Origin: an uncultured Desulfobacter sp.
GTDB lineage: Bacteria; Desulfobacterota; Desulfobacteria; Desulfobacterales; Desulfobacteraceae
DNA length: 64,000 bases
Assembly (NCBI GenBank): GCA_963665095.1
Contig: OY762069.1
Coordinates: forward strand, 4,800,001 to 4,864,000
Reading direction: 5' to 3'
Shown: one piece after another, positions 39,350 through 48,555 of the stretch
Layout: each line of letters begins with the position of its first letter
Numbering within the stretch: position 1 is the first letter of the stretch
Translations under genes and position numbers: made by a program
The notes under the pieces: generated by a model
What the model saw: only the letters and a program-made list of their open reading frames with translations
Databases searched by the model: none
What the model was told of the DNA's origin: nothing

Positions 39350-40671
39350 GGCCTGTTAAAACCGCTTTTGTAAAATTGTGGGGGGATACGGTCGGTGCTG
39401 TGGCCTGGGAAGAGGGGCAGTTGTGCGCGGAATTTGAATATGACCCGGCCTTTTTAAAAAAGGGGTTGGATCTATCTCCTGTTTTTATGGGGCTTGAAGA
39501 GGCGATCAGATCTCCGAGATTTTCCTTCCCTTCCATTGATCCTCTGACCTTCCATGGATTGCCGGGATTGCTGGCTGCAAGTCTGCCGGACAAGTTCGGT
39601 AACAAAATGATTGATGCCTGGCTGACACGGCATGGCCGCAGCCCTATGTCTTTTAATGCAGTTGAGCGCCTTTGCTATATCGGATCCCGGGGGATGGGTG
39701 CCCTGGAGTTTGAACCGCAGTTAAGCTCCAGGAAACTAAACCGGACAATTGATGTAGACGTTGACGGCCTTATGGAACTGGTTCAGGACGTTTTGACAAA
39801 AAGAACTGCGCTGGATCTCCGGTTGGACAAAAATGACCCGGATAAAGAAAAAGCCGAGGCCTTGTTAAATATTTTAAGGGTTGGTACCTCTGCCGGCGGC
39901 GCGGTTCCCAAGGCAATTATCGCCATGAATGATGAAAAGCATATTATTTCCGGGCAGTCGGATATTCCTGAAGGGTACGACCACTGGATTCTGAAGTTTG
40001 ACGGTATTTCAGAAGAGAATCCAGATAGCTTCGGCCGATCTTTTGATGACGGCCGGGTGGAATATGCCTATTACCTGATGGCCCAAGATGCAGGGATCGA
40101 TATGATGCCGTGCGATTTATGGGAGGAGAATGGCCGCGCCCATTTTCTCACCAGACGGTTTGACCGGGTGGGCAATAAAAAAATTCATGTGCTCTCCTTA
40201 GCCTGCATGGGACATTTCGGCTGGAATCCGGTGGGAACGGTGGGATATGAAGATGCCTTCTGGGTCATGAGAGAGTTAAGGCTGCCGTACAAAAGCCAGG
40301 AACAGCAGTTCCGAAGAATGGTTTTCAATGCACTATCCCGCAACCTGGATGATCACACAAAAAATATCAGCTATATGATGGATACCGACGGCATCTGGCA
40401 ACTCACCCCTGCCTATGACATCACCTTTTCCCTGGATTCTGCCGAGATTTTGGGTAACCGGCACAAGATGAAAATCAACGGGAAAGCCAGGGATTTTACC
40501 AGAGAAGATTTTTTGAACACCGGGAAGAAAATGGGGATCAAAAGGGCGGGCCTGATTGTTGATCAGATCATTGATGTGATTCGTCAATGGCCTGATTATG
40601 CTAAAACGTCAGGGGTTCGGTCCAAGGTGGCAGACCATGTGGGCCGGATGCATCTGGTGGATCTGGATTGA
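39346..40671 (+). CDS. hipA: HipA-family serine/threonine kinase toxin
   Basis: SLPDKFGN, GTSAGGAVPKA, RRFDR, RNLDDHTKN, LTPAYD. Confidence 0.93.
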   Translation: MRPVKTAFVKLWGDTVGAVAWEEGQLCAEFEYDPAFLKKGLDLSPVFMGLEEAIRSPRFSFPSIDPLTFHGLPGLLAASLPDKFGNKMIDAWLTRHGRSPMSFNAVERLCYIGSRGMGALEFEPQLSSRKLNRTIDVDVDGLMELVQDVLTKRTALDLRLDKNDPDKEKAEALLNILRVGTSAGGAVPKAIIAMNDEKHIISGQSDIPEGYDHWILKFDGISEENPDSFGRSFDDGRVEYAYYLMAQDAGIDMMPCDLWEENGRAHFLTRRFDRVGNKKIHVLSLACMGHFGWNPVGTVGYEDAFWVMRELRLPYKSQEQQFRRMVFNALSRNLDDHTKNISYMMDTDGIWQLTPAYDITFSLDSAEILGNRHKMKINGKARDFTREDFLNTGKKMGIKRAGLIVDQIIDVIRQWPDYAKTSGVRSKVADHVGRMHLVDLD

Positions 40672-40693
40672 TTTATGAAGAAGGGGACCTTGT

Positions 40694-41908
40694 ATGAGCC
40701 TTGCAATTATTGATGCCAGAGAGTGGCAGAACCGGTTTGATCTTGAAACAGGCCGGAAAAGCGGACATGACAGTGGTGCTGCGCAGATGCTCAGCCAGGT
40801 GTTAAGTCGTCACCCATACCCTGGGGACATGGACGAAAGGGCCAACCAGTGGGTCTCCGAAACGGCTCTGGATCTGATGGAGCAGTATGAGCCGGATCTG
40901 GTCTGTTTAAGCTATGTTCAGCAGTTTTTTGCCAACCGCCACTTCAGGCATTCAAAGGATGAACAGGCACACATGTTTTCAACAGCCATGGCCGAGGCTG
41001 AAAGGTTTATTGAAATTTCAGGTTACACCCCGGTATATGTCAGCAACGGCGGCATGGTGGCCCAGCAGGGGGATATCGACCTGTCCGGCCTGGACGGCCT
41101 TGCTCTGTCCTCCAACTGGTCGGCCCGGTACTGCGGCCTGCATCGGCCCAGTGCAAAGGATCTGGATTATATCCGTTCGATTAGGATCAATGGTGGCAAG
41201 ATCAGTGGTGGCAAGGCCAATGGAACCGACCCCATTGAACGGATTGTTTCAAAATCAGAGTGGATTGATCTGTTCAAAGCGGCCCAGCCCGACCTTGACA
41301 TGTGCGAGGATCAGCGGCTTCTACCAGACTATCTTGTGATTGCAAAACAGGGCTTTTCATTCAAGGCCCTTGGCACCACTTTGCGAAAGCCTGTGAACAT
41401 CCCGGCCCACAACTTTGAGGTCCCGGTGTACACTCCTTTGGGAGCCGTTGGAGATATCAGGGATATAAGGCCTTTGATCCTTGAAAATATAAAAGATACA
41501 AAAATCGCCCTGATCCTTTTGGAAGGGCTTGAGCTGTCCAGCTTTCCCTCCGGGGCCTTTCTGTGCAGCAACTCGGTTGACTGGTTCTGTCACGAATCCG
41601 GAGATTCCTTTTACCTGACGCTTTCCACAGGAAAACACCAGCCCTTTGTCTATCCCACGGGATTTCGCTATTTTGACCGGGATGAGGAAAATATTCAGTT
41701 TCCTTTTTCCGGTTATCTGACCTCGATCCCGGAAAATACACTGGCCATGGATATCCCTCAAAAAAGCATTGCCGTGGGCAACCGCAGCATGTTTACCCAC
41801 ATGATGTTCGGTGCAGACATCGCCATTGAATGCTTTGCACGAAATCTGTTCAATCAGGGACTGATGGGTGTTGTCCACCGGGAAAAAGGGTTGGGGGTCA
41901 GGTCTTGA
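40694..41908 (+). CDS. Hypothetical protein, remote alkaline-phosphatase/phosphodiesterase-like fold
   Basis: Long ORF with RBS; NQWV..TALDL....PDLVCLSY, YVSNGGM and IALILLEGL segments recall the AlkP superfamily (weak). Confidence 0.55.
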   Translation: MSLAIIDAREWQNRFDLETGRKSGHDSGAAQMLSQVLSRHPYPGDMDERANQWVSETALDLMEQYEPDLVCLSYVQQFFANRHFRHSKDEQAHMFSTAMAEAERFIEISGYTPVYVSNGGMVAQQGDIDLSGLDGLALSSNWSARYCGLHRPSAKDLDYIRSIRINGGKISGGKANGTDPIERIVSKSEWIDLFKAAQPDLDMCEDQRLLPDYLVIAKQGFSFKALGTTLRKPVNIPAHNFEVPVYTPLGAVGDIRDIRPLILENIKDTKIALILLEGLELSSFPSGAFLCSNSVDWFCHESGDSFYLTLSTGKHQPFVYPTGFRYFDRDEENIQFPFSGYLTSIPENTLAMDIPQKSIAVGNRSMFTHMMFGADIAIECFARNLFNQGLMGVVHREKGLGVRS

Positions 41909-41935
41909 ATTGTCATTTGTTAAGACCTGATCCCC
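41893..41935. repeat. REP-like palindrome GGGGTCAGGTCTT...AAGACCTGATCCCC
   Basis: Inverted arms seen directly; contains the stop codon of the upstream ORF. Confidence 0.7.
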
Positions 41936-41994
41936 GACATTAGGCCCCCCGACTTTAGACCAACGAGAACGAAGCACACTTCTCAAACCAGAAT

Positions 41995-42666
41995 ATGAAA
42001 GGTAAAAATCACATGACCACAGACAATCCGTATGCAGATAAAGAAAAAGACCTTGAAACCGCCATTGCCATGGATAAAATCGCCAAGGGAATATTTGCCC
42101 CGATTTACCCGCTCCTGGCCGAACAGATCGTTGCGACCCACGGCATCACCAGCGGAATCTGCGTTGAAATCGGTACAGGTCCCGGCCCTTTGGCCATTGC
42201 CCTGGCTAAAATTACGGACCTGGAAATATATGCCCTGGACCAGTCTGAACATGCTGTGGGGTTTGCTAAAAACAATGCAGCGGACCAGGGTGTGGCAGGC
42301 CAGATAAATTTTATTCGGAAAGATGTGGTTTCCATGCCGTTCGAGGATGACTATGCCGACCTGATCGTTTCCCGGGGGTCTCTTTTTTTCTGGCCGGATT
42401 TAACTGCGGCCTTCAACGAGATATTCCGGATTCTTAAACCAGGGGGAAAAACCCATATCGGCGGGGGATTTGGCAACCATGAGGTCAAAAACAAAATTTT
42501 TGAAGCCATGGCAAAAAAGGATGGCAATTTTGCCCGGAAAGTCGGCAGCCGCATGGGGCCAGAAAACCTGGCCCGGTTCAAGGCCGCACTGAATGACTCC
42601 CTGGTGGAAAATTACGAGATCAGTGAGTCTGATGCAGGGTTGTGGATCCACATTTCAAAGCCATAA
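41995..42666 (+). CDS. Class I SAM-dependent methyltransferase (UbiE/Methyltransf_11-like)
   Basis: VEIGTGPG, ALDQS, MPFEDDYADLIVSRGS, RILKPGG. Confidence 0.93.
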   Translation: MKGKNHMTTDNPYADKEKDLETAIAMDKIAKGIFAPIYPLLAEQIVATHGITSGICVEIGTGPGPLAIALAKITDLEIYALDQSEHAVGFAKNNAADQGVAGQINFIRKDVVSMPFEDDYADLIVSRGSLFFWPDLTAAFNEIFRILKPGGKTHIGGGFGNHEVKNKIFEAMAKKDGNFARKVGSRMGPENLARFKAALNDSLVENYEISESDAGLWIHISKP

Positions 42667-42686
42667 AACAGGCGTATATTTAAAAA

Positions 42687-43829
42687 TTAAGATGTACTGG
42701 TGGTAATACGGTACAGGGATTCGAGCTCTTCCGGCGATACCGGCTTTCTGGCCTCGGCTGCAAGGGCTCTTACCCGGTGCAGCAGGCGTCTGGCTTCCGG
42801 GCCGTCCACTTCGATGTTACGGCTTGCCAGGGCATGCTTTACCGCAGCCGTTCCTGAATGAACACCCAGAATCAGTTCCCGGCAATTTTCCCGGCCTACC
42901 TGGTCCGGTTCAAACAGTTCATAGGAGTGGTGGTTCTTTAAGAGTCCTGCACAGTGGATACCTGATTCATGGGAAAAGATTCTGGCGCCGACAATGGGCT
43001 TGTCCGGGGCAATGGTCTGGCCTGAAAATTTTGCCACGGTTTCGCACAGGCGGGTCAGGCCTGCAAGCCGGATGTTGCCCCGTTTTGATCCGATGCCGAA
43101 CAGGGCCATGGCTGTCTCTTCAAGCGGTGCATTCCCTGCCCGTTCGCCAAGGCCGTTCACGGTGACGCTGATGGCGCTTGCCCCTGCATCAACGGCAGAC
43201 ACAGCATTGGCCGTGGCCATGCCAAGGTCGTTGTGGCCATGAAACTCAATGTCCATGGTGGGCAGATGCAGCAGAATGCTTTTTACCATATCCATAAGTA
43301 TGGCAGGGGTTGCCATGCCCACGGTGTCGGCCAAGCGTACCCGGTGTACCCCTAACTCCATGGCTCTCTGGCAGAACTGCAGCAGAAAGTTCATGCGGGT
43401 TCGGGTGGCGTCCTGGGCGCCCACGGAGACCTGGTCAAAATAGCCCCGGCTGTACATCACCAGCTGTTCCAGGGTCTCCATGACCCAGAATTCATTCTTT
43501 TCAAAGGTTTTGAGCAGAATGGAGGAGGTGGGAAAGCTGATGTGAACCCCGGGAGTGCCGCAGCCCACCGCCAGCTCAATATCCTTTTTCACGGCCCGGC
43601 ACCAGGCGGAGAGCATGCAGTTTAGGTTCTGCTGGGAGATGGCTTCAATTTCCCGGCAGGCGAACTCACCCATGGCAGGTACGCCGACTTCAATTTCATC
43701 GATCCCGCAATCTGCCAGCTGACTGGCAATCTCAATTTTTTCCAGGGGCCTGAACATCACCCCTGGTGCCTGCTCTCCGTCCCGAAGGGTGGTATCCACC
43801 ATCCAGACGCGCTGATCCCTGTGTCTCAT
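42687..43829 (-). CDS. nifV: Homocitrate synthase
   Basis: DTTLRDGEQAPG, HGHNDLGMATAN, GLGERAGNA, HESGIH; last gene of nif operon. Confidence 0.92.
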   Translation of the reverse strand: MRHRDQRVWMVDTTLRDGEQAPGVMFRPLEKIEIASQLADCGIDEIEVGVPAMGEFACREIEAISQQNLNCMLSAWCRAVKKDIELAVGCGTPGVHISFPTSSILLKTFEKNEFWVMETLEQLVMYSRGYFDQVSVGAQDATRTRMNFLLQFCQRAMELGVHRVRLADTVGMATPAILMDMVKSILLHLPTMDIEFHGHNDLGMATANAVSAVDAGASAISVTVNGLGERAGNAPLEETAMALFGIGSKRGNIRLAGLTRLCETVAKFSGQTIAPDKPIVGARIFSHESGIHCAGLLKNHHSYELFEPDQVGRENCRELILGVHSGTAAVKHALASRNIEVDGPEARRLLHRVRALAAEARKPVSPEELESLYRITTSTS

Positions 43830-44134
43830 TACAGAACGTAGTCCTCTGCGATTTCGCCATCTTCCATGGCATCTAAAATATCATCAATGGCAGCTTCATT
43901 ATCCACATGGCCGTACCAGATGTTGTCCGGATAGATCACCATCACCGGCCCGTCATCACACTGTTTCAGGCAGCAGGTGGAAGAAACCAGCACTTCATCA
44001 AGCCCGCGGTCTATGACTTCATTTTCAATATAAGCCAGAAAGTCCCCGGATCCTTTTTTGTGACATTTACCTTTGGGCTCCCCATTGGGACGAAAACTTG
44101 CGCATACTAAAATGTGTTTCTTAGGTTTGTTCAT
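43829..44134 (-). CDS. Thioredoxin-like [2Fe-2S] ferredoxin
   Basis: HILVC...KC...TCCLKQCDDGPVMVIYPDNIWY. Confidence 0.92.
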   Translation of the reverse strand: MNKPKKHILVCASFRPNGEPKGKCHKKGSGDFLAYIENEVIDRGLDEVLVSSTCCLKQCDDGPVMVIYPDNIWYGHVDNEAAIDDILDAMEDGEIAEDYVL

Positions 44135-44285
44135 TTTGTTTCTCCTTATTATGATGATTTAAATCATTAAATTGTTCAGTTCGGGTCTAAAAATTATTGT
44201 TCCTAGGCTCGTGGGAAGGAATTAAAACGGTCCCAATTAAAACGGTTCAGATTTAAACTCTTCCAAGCAAAACGTTCCGGGGGAG

Positions 44286-44411
44286 GTGTTTGGACGAGAA
44301 ATTATCCAGATGCAAGGCGCAAGCAAAGCTGGAACCGGAGCGTACTAAAGTACGTGAGGATTGCAGTTTTGTGCAGCAACGCCGCAGGTGGATGATTTCT
44401 CGTCCAAACAC
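44286..44411. mobile_element. Palindromic miniature element, copy 3
   Basis: GTGTTTGGACGAGAAAT...ATTTCTCGTCCAAACAC perfect ends; 2 bp after nifB stop. Confidence 0.85.
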
Positions 44412-44413
44412 GT

Positions 44414-45730
44414 TTACATGCAGCCTGTTCCTGTGCCCCTGCACTCCCCACCACAACCGGAATTCTCCCGGACAATGAGGTGGTTCAGGGATTCGCCTTT
44501 TTTCAAGGCCACCAGCACAAGATCAATCATCCCATTCACTTCAAGAAGGGTAAATCCCATGGCTGTCAGGGTTTTTTTAGGCGTCTCTCCCACACCAGAT
44601 ACAAGAATCGTGTGGCAGTCCTGGATAACCCGGCCAAGTTTCTGCCAGCGCAGAGTGCCGGAACCAGCTTTGGGTAAGGCGCGTGTTTCAACGAATTCAG
44701 GTACATCTTTGGTTAAATCATAAATATCCAGGCTTTCAGCTTCCCCGAGATGCTGGTTTATAAGTGCCCCTTCCCTGGAGGCAATGGCCACATAGGACCG
44801 TTCCTCTTTTTCAGGGGGCAATGGTGCGGCAGTTTCAGGACAGGAGCCGGCACAGGAGGCATTGGGGAAGGGCACAGGCGTTGTGGCATGATAGGTCAGC
44901 CGCTCCATGAGCCGGGTATTTACGGGGTCATCAAGCAGGCCCACTGCATCGGCCCGACAACGCTTGCAGTGGGTCATCTGGGGAACAAAAACCTGGGCAG
45001 CCTTGCGGATGGTTTTAATCATCTCTTTGCTCGGCTCTGCCATGTTTTCAAAGTTGGAGCCGGCCGTGGGGTAATAGGGCATACAGTTGAAGATATCCAC
45101 ACCCATTTCACCCATGGCTCTGGCCACCTCCACCATATGATGATCGTTTATCCCGGGCAGGACAATGGAGTTGACCTTTACAAGGATATTGCGTTCCTTT
45201 AAACCTCTGACCGCCTCAAGCTGGCGCTCCAGAAGAATTCTGGCTCCCTGGGCCGGGCCTAGGGAACGTTTCCCCACTCTCATCCAGGCGTAGATGTTTT
45301 TTCCGATTTCAGGGTCCACGGCATTAATGGTCAGGCTGACGTGGGTGACGTTGACTTCTGCCAGCTGATCCAGGTAAGGCGCAATGTTCATTCCGTTGGT
45401 GGCCACGCACAAAAGCATTTCCGGATAGGTTTCCCGTACTTTTGTCAGGGTCTCCATGGTCTTGTCGCCGTTGGCAAAGGGGTCTCCGGGGCCGGCTATC
45501 CCCACAACCGAGGTGTTGGGCTTGGCCTCTACCACCTCTGCAAGATATGCCATGGCCTGGTCCGGAGTCAGGATAGAGGAGGTGACACCGGGACGGCTTT
45601 CATTCACACAGTCAAACTTGCGGTTGCAGAAATTGCACTGGATATTGCAGGCTGGGGCCACAGGCAGGTGGACACGGCCGAAATCTTTACAGGATTTTTT
45701 ATTAAAGCAGGGGTGGTTATCTAAGTTCAT
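44414..45730 (-). CDS. nifB: FeMo-cofactor biosynthesis radical SAM protein with C-terminal NifX-like domain
   Basis: HPC, CNIQCNFC, ESRPG, AGPGDP, TNG, CKRCRADA, INQHLGEA. Confidence 0.97.
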   Translation of the reverse strand: MNLDNHPCFNKKSCKDFGRVHLPVAPACNIQCNFCNRKFDCVNESRPGVTSSILTPDQAMAYLAEVVEAKPNTSVVGIAGPGDPFANGDKTMETLTKVRETYPEMLLCVATNGMNIAPYLDQLAEVNVTHVSLTINAVDPEIGKNIYAWMRVGKRSLGPAQGARILLERQLEAVRGLKERNILVKVNSIVLPGINDHHMVEVARAMGEMGVDIFNCMPYYPTAGSNFENMAEPSKEMIKTIRKAAQVFVPQMTHCKRCRADAVGLLDDPVNTRLMERLTYHATTPVPFPNASCAGSCPETAAPLPPEKEERSYVAIASREGALINQHLGEAESLDIYDLTKDVPEFVETRALPKAGSGTLRWQKLGRVIQDCHTILVSGVGETPKKTLTAMGFTLLEVNGMIDLVLVALKKGESLNHLIVRENSGCGGECRGTGTGCM

Positions 45731-45759
45731 TTTATTTCCTTGCTATCTTTCAAAGTGCT

Positions 45760-47163
45760 TTACATATATGAATAACCCACACGGGATTCGGTCTGTCTAT
45801 GTGTCAGTATGGCGTTGACAATGGTGTCGAACAGCTGCTGGGCGCCGTTGTATCCCACATGGAGAATGCGGGAGCCGCCCACACGGTCGTGGATGGGGAA
45901 TCCCACCCGGACCAGCGGAATGTTAAGCCGTCGGGCCATGGCATAGCCCTTGGAGTTGCCGATGATCAGTTCAGGGGCCTGGTCTTTGGGCATGGCGGCA
46001 GCGGTTTCTTCCATACGGGTGAAGTCCATGTCTTCCTGGATCTGTACACGATCCCTGATGGTTTCCGGCAGGACCTCTTCAAGCGCCTGTTTGAAAAGCC
46101 GGCTTTTTCCGCCGGAGGCGCAGAGAACCGGAATGATGCCGATCTCGGCCAGAAACCCTGCCATGCTTACCACAAAGTCCTCTTCCCCGTAGACCAGTGC
46201 CTTTTTTTTGGAGACATATTTGTTGCCGTCTACATAGGCATCCACCAGGCGCCATTTTTCCTTGCGGTACCGTTCGGGTACAGGGTTTCCCGAGATCTGG
46301 GACAGGGCGTCAAAGAACTTGTCACACGCCTTGACCCCGATGGGGATGGGCAGCCGGGTACAGGGGATGCCAAACCGTTTGGATAAAATGGTACCGGCAG
46401 TTGATGCCCCTTTTTCTGCAGTTTTGGCCAGCACTGCACCAAACTCCATGCTGTGAACCGACACATTCATCTTTTCAATGGCGGAAATGGGGGTGCCGCC
46501 TTTCTGAATGGCCTGATACTCCTGCCAGGAGGGACCTTCCAGCCGCTCTGAGTAATCGGGCAGAATGGCCACAGGGGAATGAAAGTCTTCAAAAATATCT
46601 TTAAGGTGCCGCAGATCCTCGTTGGAGAGCATCCCGGGAAACAGGTTGACTGTTTTTTTCTTCTTAGGCCGGTATACCACCTTTTTGCCGGCCGGGTTAA
46701 AGCGGTCCACAACAGCTGCCACTGCCCCGTGGAATCCGTCCACATGGGTGCCGGAATAAGAAGGGGTGGAGACATGAACCAGGGCTGTTCCTTTAATGGC
46801 GCCGCCCATGCTGTTCAGGATCAGCTGCACATCATCACCAATGGTTTCGGAAAGACAGGTGGTGGCAATGCCGATCATGGCGGGACTGTACTGCCGGGCC
46901 ACGTTTTCAATGGCCAGTTTGAGATTGGCTCCGCCGCCAAAGACAGCGGTTTCTTCCGTAAAGTTGGAGGAGGCAATATCCACGGGCTCCTTGAAATGGG
47001 AGATCAGATATCTGCGCATGTAGGTGGAGCATCCCTGGGAGCCGTGGAGCAGGGGGACGCAGCCTTCAATGCCCTGGAAGACCAGAGTGGCGCCTAAGGG
47101 CGTGCACATCTTGCAGGCGTTCTGGGTGGGGGTATATGCATTTTTGGATCGGTTTTGGGTCAT
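45760..47163 (-). CDS. nifN: Nitrogenase FeMo-cofactor scaffold beta subunit
   Basis: CKMCTPLG, HGSQGCSTY, TTCLSETIGDD, GFPIHDR; between nifE and nifB. Confidence 0.93.
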   Translation of the reverse strand: MTQNRSKNAYTPTQNACKMCTPLGATLVFQGIEGCVPLLHGSQGCSTYMRRYLISHFKEPVDIASSNFTEETAVFGGGANLKLAIENVARQYSPAMIGIATTCLSETIGDDVQLILNSMGGAIKGTALVHVSTPSYSGTHVDGFHGAVAAVVDRFNPAGKKVVYRPKKKKTVNLFPGMLSNEDLRHLKDIFEDFHSPVAILPDYSERLEGPSWQEYQAIQKGGTPISAIEKMNVSVHSMEFGAVLAKTAEKGASTAGTILSKRFGIPCTRLPIPIGVKACDKFFDALSQISGNPVPERYRKEKWRLVDAYVDGNKYVSKKKALVYGEEDFVVSMAGFLAEIGIIPVLCASGGKSRLFKQALEEVLPETIRDRVQIQEDMDFTRMEETAAAMPKDQAPELIIGNSKGYAMARRLNIPLVRVGFPIHDRVGGSRILHVGYNGAQQLFDTIVNAILTHRQTESRVGYSYM

Positions 47164-48536
47164 ATGGCACCTTCCTTCCCTTTACTGTTCTGTCGTCTTG
47201 GCACAAGATCCCAAATGGGGCTTGTTACGGTTGAGTGGACCTCTTCTGCGAAATTGGCCATGCCCTCAAATCCCACCAACGGGATTTTTCGTTCGTGGTT
47301 GTGATCGCAGAAGCCGATACCAAGTTTATAGGCAATGGGCCGTTCCTTGACGCCGCCGATAAACAGATCAGCATCCTTCTCAATGGTGTATTTTGCCAGC
47401 TCCAGGGGGTTGGAGTCGTCCACGATAACGGTTCCCTCGTTGCACATTTCTCTTAAGACTTCATAATCTTCTTTGGTTCCGGTCTGGGAGCCTGCCAGAA
47501 CCACTTCCATGCCCAGGGTTTTCAAGGCCTTGATCATGGAAAATGCCTTGAAGGCACCGCCCACATAAATGGCGGCCTTTTTGCCTTCAAGATCTTTTTT
47601 CTTTTCTTCGAGATCCGGCACGATGGCCTGGACCTCTTTTTTAATCAGTTTCCGGGTATTATTCAGAATATCCGGGTTGTCCTTGAAATGAACAGCCACT
47701 TTGTAAAGGGCTTCCGAGGTATCTTCAATTCCAAAGTAGGAGACCCGGATAAAAGGAATGCCGTACTCTTTTTCCATGGCCTTGGCCAGATGGGTGACGG
47801 AGCCTGAACACTGCACCACGTTAAGGGCGGCATTTTTGGACTGCATCACTTCATCCACCCGGCCGTCGCCGGTGATCACGGAGACCACCTTGACGCCCAT
47901 GGCTTCGTAATATTTTTTGATAATCCAGGTTTCGCCGCCGATGTTGAACTCCCCTAAAATATTAATGGAGTCAGGGATGGTGGCCTTGGGCACAGGATTT
48001 CGGTTGATCAGGCTGAACAAGGCGTCACATGCCGCCTTGTAACCGTCTTTTTTGGTTCCTTTAAATCCTTCGGAATGGACAGGGATGACAGGGATGCCGG
48101 TTGTTTCTTCAACCTGACGGCAGACCGCATCCACATCATCTCCAATAATGCCGACAATACAGGTGCAGTAAATAAAGGCAGCTTTAGGCGCATATTTTTT
48201 AATGAGCTCAAGAAGCGCCCGTCTTAATTTTTTTTCTCCACCGTAAATCACATCAGTCTCGGACAGGTCGGTTGAAAAACTCATCCTGTGAAGTTCCGGA
48301 CCTGAAGAGAGTGACCCGCGGATATCCCAGGTGTAGGACGCGCATCCAATGGGTCCATGGATAAGATGCAGGGCATCTGCGATGGGGTAAAGCACCACCC
48401 TGGATCCGCAGAATACGCAGGCCCGCTGGCTCACCGCGCCGGCCAGGCTTTTGGTTTCACATTCCATTTCAAAGGGTTGGTTCCCCTTCTGGTAGATTGA
48501 CTTTTCCCGTTGTTTGAGTACTGATATGCTGGTCAT
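47160..48536 (-). CDS. nifE: Nitrogenase FeMo-cofactor scaffold alpha subunit
   Basis: QRACVFCG, HGPIGCASY, TCIVGIIGDD, VVQCS, YVGGAFK. Confidence 0.95.
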   Translation of the reverse strand: MTSISVLKQREKSIYQKGNQPFEMECETKSLAGAVSQRACVFCGSRVVLYPIADALHLIHGPIGCASYTWDIRGSLSSGPELHRMSFSTDLSETDVIYGGEKKLRRALLELIKKYAPKAAFIYCTCIVGIIGDDVDAVCRQVEETTGIPVIPVHSEGFKGTKKDGYKAACDALFSLINRNPVPKATIPDSINILGEFNIGGETWIIKKYYEAMGVKVVSVITGDGRVDEVMQSKNAALNVVQCSGSVTHLAKAMEKEYGIPFIRVSYFGIEDTSEALYKVAVHFKDNPDILNNTRKLIKKEVQAIVPDLEEKKKDLEGKKAAIYVGGAFKAFSMIKALKTLGMEVVLAGSQTGTKEDYEVLREMCNEGTVIVDDSNPLELAKYTIEKDADLFIGGVKERPIAYKLGIGFCDHNHERKIPLVGFEGMANFAEEVHSTVTSPIWDLVPRRQNSKGKEGAI

Positions 48537-48555
48537 TTTATCTGTCCTTTGCTTT

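Noticed and set aside
44154..44167. Palindrome ATGATTTAAATCAT upstream of the ferredoxin
   Set aside because: Short, AT-rich, single occurrence; not enough to call a regulator site.
20017..44411. Repeats as a CRISPR array or integron attC cassette array
   Set aside because: Copies are kilobases apart with no repeat-spacer period, no cas or integrase gene in the window, and the flanking genes form operons rather than single cassettes.
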